A DNA stretch of 63,089 bases, the filler included, from Hyphochytrium catenoides (Eukaryota > Protista > Hyphochytriomycota): NCBI GenBank assembly GCA_900088475.1. It is 10 parts of 10 records of this genome, joined end to end, with 100 filler letters (N's around TTAATTAATTAA, not from the genome) between each part and the next. Parts side by side here need not be neighbours in the genome. Positions count along the whole stretch, not along the records: positions 52,541 to 57,729 come from FLMG01001301.1; positions 57,830 to 59,687 come from FLMG01000096.1; positions 59,788 to 61,885 come from FLMG01004469.1; positions 61,986 to 63,089 come from FLMG01000471.1; 6 more parts are not named here. The stretch is one strand, 5' to 3'. The notes beneath the pieces were generated by a model. It was not told where the DNA came from, ran no database searches, and was given only the letters and a program-made list of their open reading frames with translations. This document shows positions 55,401 through 63,089 of the stretch, piece by piece. Within the stretch, counting starts at the first letter, position 1. Every line of letters starts with the position of its first letter. A program made the position numbers and the translations under genes.

Positions 55401-57829
55401 CTTCAAGGTAATAAGAGGCAGGTCCCGTCAGGCTCGATGTTCGATTTCCTTCTCCTACTCGCAGCAGCTGTGCTACTCGCGTGTGGACTCATCAAAACGG
55501 AAGAAGGCATCCGGGGGTACTGTTATCATTTATTCGTCAATCATCGAATAAGCCATCCTCATTCTCCTAGAAGAGCAGCCATCACCTGTTATGTACTATG
55601 ACCAAGATATGTGAATAAGGGGACTGACTGACTGAGACCTACAAGATGCTAATTCTGAGAGGAGGTGACGAGGGTTATCCTCTCTTCTCTAGCGGTAGAA
55701 CAGACAGCCATGAAAGGACATAACGCCCTATATTCTACTCTCTCTGGGTATCAGGAGTCAAAGATAAAGCAGACGACAGCCGCAGAGGATGGTCGAATCT
55801 TAGAAGGGCGAGGATTCTGGTGTTGTCTGCTGCTGCTGCTGCTGAGTGGACCGTCAGGAGTAGCCCTTTTATCTCTTCTTTCAGGGAGACGACCGTGAAC
55901 TTCAAGCAGCTCTTAACCGGAAGCCATCCATAACGACAAGAATCGCAAGAGGGACAGTGCATTACTTTAGTGCACTACCCGCCATGAAGACGACTCATAG
56001 ATAAAACGACGCACCGGCCGCCATAGCAGAGCAGCTCCATCATCAGCATTTCCTGTTCCCAAGATCTCAACCCAGTATCTTCTATGGACCAAAAGTGGGG
56101 CCAGGTCTAACTTATTATCGTTATGTCTATTACGTCGGCCAAGCAAATGTCAGCCGACGTCTTTCTTGTCATTGAGTCCAGAGGAGCGTGCGTTCTCCAG
56201 GAAACATGAGCAACGCACAGGAGGTTGAGCGAAGGCAGGGGCAGCTAATAACTTTATCGGAGGCTCGTGTCATCAGCGTTCTCTCATCTTCAATGTTGCC
56301 CGTCACCCGGTGGTGACAGTCAGGGAAGAAGGGTCAACACATCGTGTTTATTGTTGTCCTCTTCTAGATTGCTGCAGTAAGTCTGTCACCTTTCTCTCTA
56401 TGTAACAAAAGTGTCACGACAAGACGCAGGAAACAAAGACAAACATTATTATTATCCCTTGTTGAAGAAGCTGCTGATGAGAGGACACATTTTTCCTCGT
56501 TTCGCTTCAATAAGGAGGATTGCATAGCTGACTGTGGATAGAACTACTACGAGTACGAGCAGGTGCAACGAGAGCTGCGCGAATCAGGCTTGTCCTCAGG
56601 AGTTTTCTTATGGCTAAAAACTAGTAGGATGATGGTTTTGCTGTCTTATTACCACCTATCCTTCCCTTGCAGGAGCAGGGATAGTGTGTCGAAGCAGAAG
56701 ACAGGCGCCCAACTCCTTGGGTTGAGGATCCACTTGTAGGAGCTAGAACCTTCCATAAACCCTCTCGCAGGGTTCTGCTAGTCTTTCGAGTGCCCGTCTT
56801 TCCGGGAGTGCGCAATGCTCAACTTCCTCGAGCCTTTTGGTCACCGGGAAACACACATCGCACTTCTTACAGCGAAACCGGAGCCTGCTGCTCTTTCCCC
56901 AAATGGAGTTATTCTTTCATTGCTATCGAATTATTTCTTAGATTTCTTAGGCCGTAGAGTAGGATTTCCCATCGCATAGTAGTAGCAACAAGCGATAAAT
57001 ATCAGGTATTACTCTAGAAGAAAGAGAGGTCCTAGCGCCGCGGTTTGTTCTTGCTGCGCGGCGTCACTTCGTCTCCAGCAGGTAGCACTACTGATGTACT
57101 ACTAGTGCTCTTCATTTCTCACTCTTCTCCGTCCTCTTTGCTTCCTATCTTTGCGGCGTCGATGGCCGCCCTTGTAGGAGATCTTCTAGTAGATCCCGCC
57201 TTAGAACAACTGACAGGAGTTATGAGGAACGCTGCTGATCACCACCAAGCATCTCTAGATCTACTACTAATAATTATAATGGATAAGGAAGATTGGCTAG
57301 AGAAGAGATGAAGACAGAGTTTGGTGGGATCTGAGTCCCTTCTCTCTCTTCTTTCCTTGGCGCGGTGCCGATAGAACTACTGTCGCAGCTACCACGGAAG
57401 ACGAAGTTTTAGCAAGTACTTAGGTATACTCCGGAGTAATCACTACTTAGTCCGCAGGCGTTCTCAAGGCCACTTATTGGATTATATATAGTACTTGTAG
57501 AGCTCAGGGCTGGTTGATAGATACAAGTATTCCTTATAAGTATAGCAAATACTTGATTGTAGGTGGACCAGACTACTTGTCTTGGCAATAAGGCCAAAAC
57601 CTCCTCATCCTACTACTGTTTCACGTAAAACGGTTGTTTGGGCTGTCACAAGCTGTTTTTATTTTTATAAAAAAGAAATATGACGTTCCTTGTAAGGCTG
57701 TAGGGCTGCAGTTTATTCCGCTCGTCTGGNNNNNNNNNNNNNNNNNNNNNNNNNNNNNNNNNNNNNNNNNNNNTTAATTAATTAANNNNNNNNNNNNNNN
57801 NNNNNNNNNNNNNNNNNNNNNNNNNNNNN

Positions 57830-58473
57830 ACTCGATCATCGTTGGCCTCTGTCACTCTGTCTGTCTTTCTCTCTTTTTTTTCTAACTTTCTGTCCTTCTT
57901 CTTCCTCAGTCTTGAGACTCTAGCCACTTTGTTCTCTCTTCCTCACAACCACTTTACTCTCTCTCTCTCTTTCCCAGTTCGTGTCCTCTCTCCTGTTCTA
58001 CTAATCTCTGTAAGAAGACAGTACGAGCATAATAATGCGCTCCACGAGAGGAAAGAATGGCGTAAGAGAGAAAGGAGAGACACAGGGAGAAAGTGAATAA
58101 CTGAAAGGGAAAGAGTTCGTGGTAGTCCTAATCACGTCTTCAATCTCTCTTCTTTCTTTTCTTTGGCCTGCTCTGCGCCTTTCTTTTTGAAGCTCAATCT
58201 GAATCTCTTTCTCTCTCTTTCTCTCCTGGCTGATGACTGTAAGGAGTGGTGTGGAGTGGGGAGAGAGAGAGATGAAGAGAGAGGGAGACAGACAAGATCT
58301 TCAAACAGACACAGCAGATACACAGAGTATACAAAAGATGGAGAGAGGGAAGAGAAGAGAGGAGAGGGAAGGGCGAGAGAAGGAGATAGAGAGAATGACC
58401 GTCTTCACTTTGGAGGCAACGGTGAGGGCACCTCCAGAAAGGGAAGACGATAGCAGAGGAAAAGGAAGAGAGA

Positions 58474-58504
<31 letters not shown>

Positions 58505-58635
58505 TGAGTGTGTGTGAGAGAGAGAGAGAGAAGTGAGAGAGCGTTACGGATAAGAAGAGATACTGAGGCCACCAAGCAGCAAGGCTCAATCTTTTCCCAT
58601 TCTATTCTTACCATCATAGAGCGTCTTTCCTCCTT

Positions 58636-58667
<32 letters not shown>

Positions 58668-59050
58668 TATCTCTTTCTTCTCTGAATCTTTCTCTCTCTT
58701 TGTGCCTCATGAGACCTAAGTAACGATTTTCCCATGACGCGCGGTACCAGGTGTATCGACTGTTATTATGTTGGATGAGAGGGAAGGACAGCCAGCCATC
58801 TCTGGTGCTAGTTGACGTGACGACAGGAACTGGCTCATGAGAATCGTGGGAGAGAGAGAGAGAGAGATTAAGAGAGGAGAGAGAGAGAAATGAACTAGAG
58901 AGAGAGACAGAGATAGACGCAGATTATGAGAGAAAGAGTGAGGAGGACAAGAGGAGACGACCGATTTGGAAGAGGAGAGAGACTCTTGAACACCCCGGTA
59001 GGACAAACAGGAAGGACGTTAAAGCTTGAGAGGCGAAGGGAGGCTGAGAA

Positions 59051-59081
<31 letters not shown>

Positions 59082-59253
59082 GGAATCCGTCTTGTTACCT
59101 GGATTTTCTCGTTGTCTTCGGCATCCCGTCTCCTATGAGAGCCATTATTACGTGCTCAAGTCTCTCTGCTCTCTTTCTTTCTCTCTTTGGTCCTCCTCCT
59201 CTTGCCATCATCAGCCACCTCTGCCAAGATCTCGCCCCACAAGATCTTCCTTG

Positions 59254-59285
<32 letters not shown>

Positions 59286-59656
59286 NNNNNNNNNNNNNNN
59301 NNNNNNNNNNNNNNNNNNNNNNNNNNNNNNNNNNNAATCTCTCCAAATCTCTCCAAATCTCTCCAAATCTCTCTCACTTCTCTCTCTCTCTTCTTCTTGG
59401 GCCACCACCTCCCAAGAGCCAGTTTTATTGTCATTCGCTTAGCCCCTTTCCATGTCTAACCCACACACTTAGCGCCATACATTTATACCTCAAACACACA
59501 TCGTAGACCGGCACTTCGCCAAACACAATGCTTTCCTTCGGTAGAACTCTTTCAAACACATTCACGTTATTTGTCATACATTTATCATCCAAAACCAGAT
59601 CATCCCTTGTCTCTTATTCGCAGTTTTGTTGTGGCAAACCTAGGGAAAAACGACAG

Positions 59657-59687
<31 letters not shown>
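57830..59687. repeat. Scaffold dominated by CT/GA low-complexity tracts, including a 10-bp tandem (AATCTCTCCA)x3+ at 59336-59373
   Basis: Directly visible. No credible ORF. Confidence 0.8.
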
Positions 59688-59787
59688 NNNNNNNNNNNNN
59701 NNNNNNNNNNNNNNNNNNNNNNNNNNNNNNNTTAATTAATTAANNNNNNNNNNNNNNNNNNNNNNNNNNNNNNNNNNNNNNNNNNNN

Positions 59788-59967
59788 TGAAGAGTCAACA
59801 AGCAGGACTCCTCTTCCCTGCCATTGGACAGCTAGACCCTCACAAACTTCTTCAACTTCTGCAAGGGCTAGGTCTTCAAGCCCTTCCGGGACCGTCAAAA
59901 GGTACTTGTGTTCACCAAAAGCAGCAAAACAAGCCACCGCTACATCCTTGGTGCTGACACTACTCAT
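59788..59967 (-). CDS. 5' fragment of a probable THUMP-domain RNA methyltransferase
   Basis: YLLTVPEGLEDLALAEV...GRGVL resembles the N-terminal ferredoxin-like segment of THUMPD3/RlmL-type proteins. Truncated. Confidence 0.5.
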
Positions 59968-60679
59968 CCTCACACAGTCACCACATCAAGTGGTAGGGAG
60001 CACTCTTGTCCTCTCCTTTCAATGCTTACGCATCCCTCACAATCATCAGCTTATGAGGAGTAGGAGAGTTCCTCCAGGATGTGAGAGCTTGCAGATGCAC
60101 AGCTTCAGATGCTAGTCTTCCCCTTCAGATCTGGCTCTTTCTCTGGCTCTCATGCTGCCTTCTCCCTTTGTCTGGCCTTTCATCGCGCGAGCGGCGATAC
60201 TCAACCAATATCTTTATAACTTCTTACAATCCAACAGAGACGGTAACGGCTTTCATGAACAGGATTGATGATTCTGCTGTGGGCTGTCGGGCTGTCCATT
60301 GCTAGCAGCTGCTCGGACGGCGAGATGTGAGAATGTGGCAAGACAGAGCCAGATGGAGGTAGCAGCTAAGCGGTGCGTTATGAGGGCATCTCTGAAAGAC
60401 AGAGGAGTTATAGAGGTGGAGGAGTGTAAAAAAAAGAGGGGGAAGGAAGAGCAAGGACAAGCAGGATCAGAATAATGCTCACTTTTGAAGGAAGGAAGGA
60501 AAGAACAGCAAGAGCAGTCCTGGAGGGAGTCTGAGGAGTTAGTCTTGAGGGTACTACTATGTCACACAATAGCTATTGGACATTATATAGAGTGCCAAAG
60601 GTGGTATTATTACTCTCGCCCTTTTGCGACACAGATGGTTCTTGTTGTGTGCGGCCGAACCAACAAGCTGATGGCTCAT

Positions 60680-60815
60680 AGAGTGAGAGAGAGACAGAGA
60701 GAGAGATGAGAGTTTGATAGAGGAAGAGAGAGACAGAGAAAGAGAAGAGAGAGATTGAGAGAGAGAGAGAGAAGAGAGTTTGATAGAGAGAAGAGAGAGG
60801 GAGAGAGAAGCGAGG

Positions 60816-60850
<35 letters not shown>
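60680..60850. repeat. (GA)n tract with a duplicated GAGAGTTTGATAGAG unit
   Basis: Directly visible. Confidence 0.9.
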
Positions 60851-60853
<3 letters not shown>

Positions 60854-61223
60854 ACAAAGCTGAGAGAGAACAGCACAGCATAATGAGAAAGATCGGTGAG
60901 AAGGTAAGTAAGAGGCCAAGAAAGGGGAAGAAGAGGAAGAGGACCAAAATGCCGGAAAACAGAGACGAAGAGACGATTCTCCTCTGTCCAGAGTTCGCGT
61001 GAAGGATTGTCTTCCAGCATCTCTCTCTCTCCTCTGTACTTGTGACAGAGCATCAGGGAGCGCTGAGGTATTGCAAGTTCCTCACTTTTTCTCCGCGTTC
61101 CACTTCAGTTTGAGAGACAAAGCTTCAGAATTTTTGAGCGGCGCCTATCGCGCTTATTCTAACCCGCAGCGGTCGTTGACTTGCAAAGAGAGTACGGAGT
61201 TGACGAAAGCTGGAAAAGCAGAG

Positions 61224-61885
61224 ATGACTTCTGCGGTGACGGTCACATTCTCTATCCAGTATGACACCCAGTGGGGAGAGAATGTCTACCTGGTTGGGAA
61301 CAAGCCACAGCTCGGGCACTGGGACTTGAACGCTGCCCTTCCGCTAGCTTGGCATGAGGGGAACTGGAGGACAATTATGGAGGTAAGGGCCATGTGCATG
61401 AGGCGATAACAGGCGCTTGGGCGAGAGGCAAAGATGTCAAGCGGTAGCGCTTTGTCGTCTATGTGTTGGGAGGGAATAGAAGGCACGGAGTTAGCGTGAA
61501 GGGGTTGTGTCCTTAAAGAGAGCTAGCCTGGTAAGGCGACGGACGCAGGCCGGCTTTATAGAGACGGGAGAGGCTAAAACTATTGAGAAGTCAATGGACA
61601 GGAAGTTATCTGAGGCATCCTGTCAGTCTGGTTAGCAGAGAGGAGAGACTGGCTTTGGGAAGAGTAAGAAATATAGCTCTCCCTAACACTGAGTGGAAAG
61701 AGAGGTAGAAAATCCTACTTAGGACGCGCGTGGGCAGGCAGGCAAGCACTCTTGGGAGGGCAGTGTGGGGGCATACTTAGAAAGGGCTTGAAGGAGAGGA
61801 TCTGTGGACTAAGTTAGGCGTTTGCTAATGAAATATCATCTTCTGCAGCTTCCTCGGGACGACGAGCCCATTGAGTTCAAGTTCC
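61224..61885 (+). CDS. Protein with an N-terminal CBM20 starch-binding domain. Exons 61224-61382 and 61849-61885 (truncated)
   Basis: VTFSIQYDTQWGENVYLVGNKPQLGHWD...W...|LPRDDEPIEFKF follows the CBM20 consensus across a GT-AG intron. Confidence 0.88.
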
Positions 61886-61985
61886 NNNNNNNNNNNNNNN
61901 NNNNNNNNNNNNNNNNNNNNNNNNNNNNNTTAATTAATTAANNNNNNNNNNNNNNNNNNNNNNNNNNNNNNNNNNNNNNNNNNNN

Positions 61986-62097
61986 GACACTTCCGCAGCA
62001 GCTTGTGTGCTGCTTTCAGGTCTCCCTGCTGGATCCTTCTCGAGGCTTCCTCTAGAGCCTTCACTACCCGCCGCGGAGGGTTTCCGGCCCCACTCAT
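61986..62097 (-). CDS. Possible 5' fragment of a helical (TPR-like) protein
   Basis: MSGAGNPPRRVVKALEEASRRIQQGDLKAAHKLLRKC runs into the linker. Too short to confirm. Confidence 0.3.
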
Positions 62098-62796
62098 CTT
62101 GTCCTCTGGCGGGTACCACAGGGCTTTCCCTTGGGGGATCCTATCTGCTTAGGAGCATTACGGCCCAAAGAGAGAGCTTGCAGCCTTAGATGACTGACTG
62201 CCCTGGCCCTCAGCTCGCAAGCTGTCTGACGGGAAAGAAGTTCTGTTGTCTGGAGCCCGGGCGAGGCGTTGAAGGAAAGGAAGTGATGACTGTGGCATCG
62301 CCACCTCCAGAGTTCTGATGGACTGCCCATTCCCATACGAATATAAAGTTCTACGCGAATATAACAGAGACAAGCCAAAGGTAGATTTCTGTCCGAAAGT
62401 AACTTACATAAACACCTAACCTTTGTTTGTTCTTATATTCGGTACATCTTTATTCGACCGCAAATACTGAATGATCCGTTTTCTGACGTCAAGACTGCTA
62501 AGAACCTCAGCGGTGAAGGCGGACGATCCAGTCCGAAGGAGAAGCTGGAGCAGCGCTGTAGCAGCGGCGGCGGCGCTAGGGCGCCCAGAGGCCCACTATC
62601 TGGTCAATAAATGACGGCACACGGCCTCATCTTATAATTATTAGAGAACCTTAGACTAACAACTCCAGATAAGGAGTTGTAAGCGACCCACAGTCCAGGC
62701 CATGGGACTCTTGGCTGGGACGGACACCAAAGCTCAAAGTCAGATTGCCAGCGAGCGGTGCTCCTGCTCGGTAACAGGATATCGTGGTGACACGCT

Positions 62797-63089
62797 CTAC
62801 CGCCGCTGAAAGAAGCTCTTGCGCGTCGTCTCCTGCTTGGTAGGCTGCGAAGGTTGACTCGCCTGGGCTTCTTCCTTCTCCAGATTTTCTCGACTTCGTC
62901 GCCGTTTCGCTCTCTAAGAAGACACGAAAGAAGGACAAGGATCAAGCGGGAGTCGAGAAGAGTAACATTAGGTGCCAAAGGCAAACAAACCTTAAGTCTC
63001 AGAGCCCTCTCTCTCATCTTCCTGCTGATGATATAGTAAGCCACACCCAGTACGATGCTGACGGTAAGGGAGGTGGCGGAGATTGCTAC
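62797..63089 (-). CDS. 3' end of a membrane protein (TM helix plus basic tail). Exons 63089-62991 and 62913-62797
   Basis: VAISATSLTVSIVLGVAYYIISRKMRERALRLK|RAKRRRSREN...FFQRR* joined by a phase-0 GT-AG intron. Confidence 0.6.

Noticed and set aside
56620-56900. Minus-strand RFRCKKC zinc-ribbon-like fragment suggesting a transposase
   Set aside because: A single CxxC in stop-riddled sequence is not enough to assign an element.
1-63089. tRNA, rRNA or CRISPR arrays, and an alternative genetic code
   Set aside because: None recognised by eye. TAA, TAG and TGA all terminate conserved genes at the expected positions.

Overview
Eukaryotic genomic DNA, not a continuous locus. Ten scaffolds are joined by nine identical artificial 100-bp linkers (N44-TTAATTAATTAA-N44): 1-5698, 5799-34755, 34856-43986, 44087-45289, 45390-50479, 50580-52440, 52541-57729, 57830-59687, 59788-61885 and 61986-63089. 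Genes have short GT-AG introns, many with CTAAC/CTGAC-like branch points. Gene content suggests a flagellated stramenopile, possibly oomycete- or hyphochytrid-like (inference only). Recognisable genes: an internally duplicated multi-pass membrane protein, a 1063-aa acidic protein, a C2orf69/UPF0565 homologue, a WRKY19-like zinc-finger protein, a 10-exon four-domain voltage-gated cation channel with a non-canonical S/D/E/E filter, a ferric reductase, a frameshifted MFS transporter, an intronless nitrate reductase convergent with a uroporphyrinogen-III methyltransferase, an ICL/PEP-mutase family enzyme, a TOM1-like VHS-GAT protein, a spliced dynein-type thioredoxin absent from the ORF track, alanine-glyoxylate aminotransferase, a chorein-N protein, and THUMP-like and CBM20 gene starts. 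Most striking observations: (1) (CT/GA)n microsatellite-like sequence pervades the coding sequence of the two nitrate-pathway genes without breaking either frame; (2) decayed intergenic DNA carries a TpA-rich C-to-T hypermutation signature; (3) CCAAT and TGACG motifs cluster upstream of nitrate reductase. All exon coordinates and counts were derived by hand.
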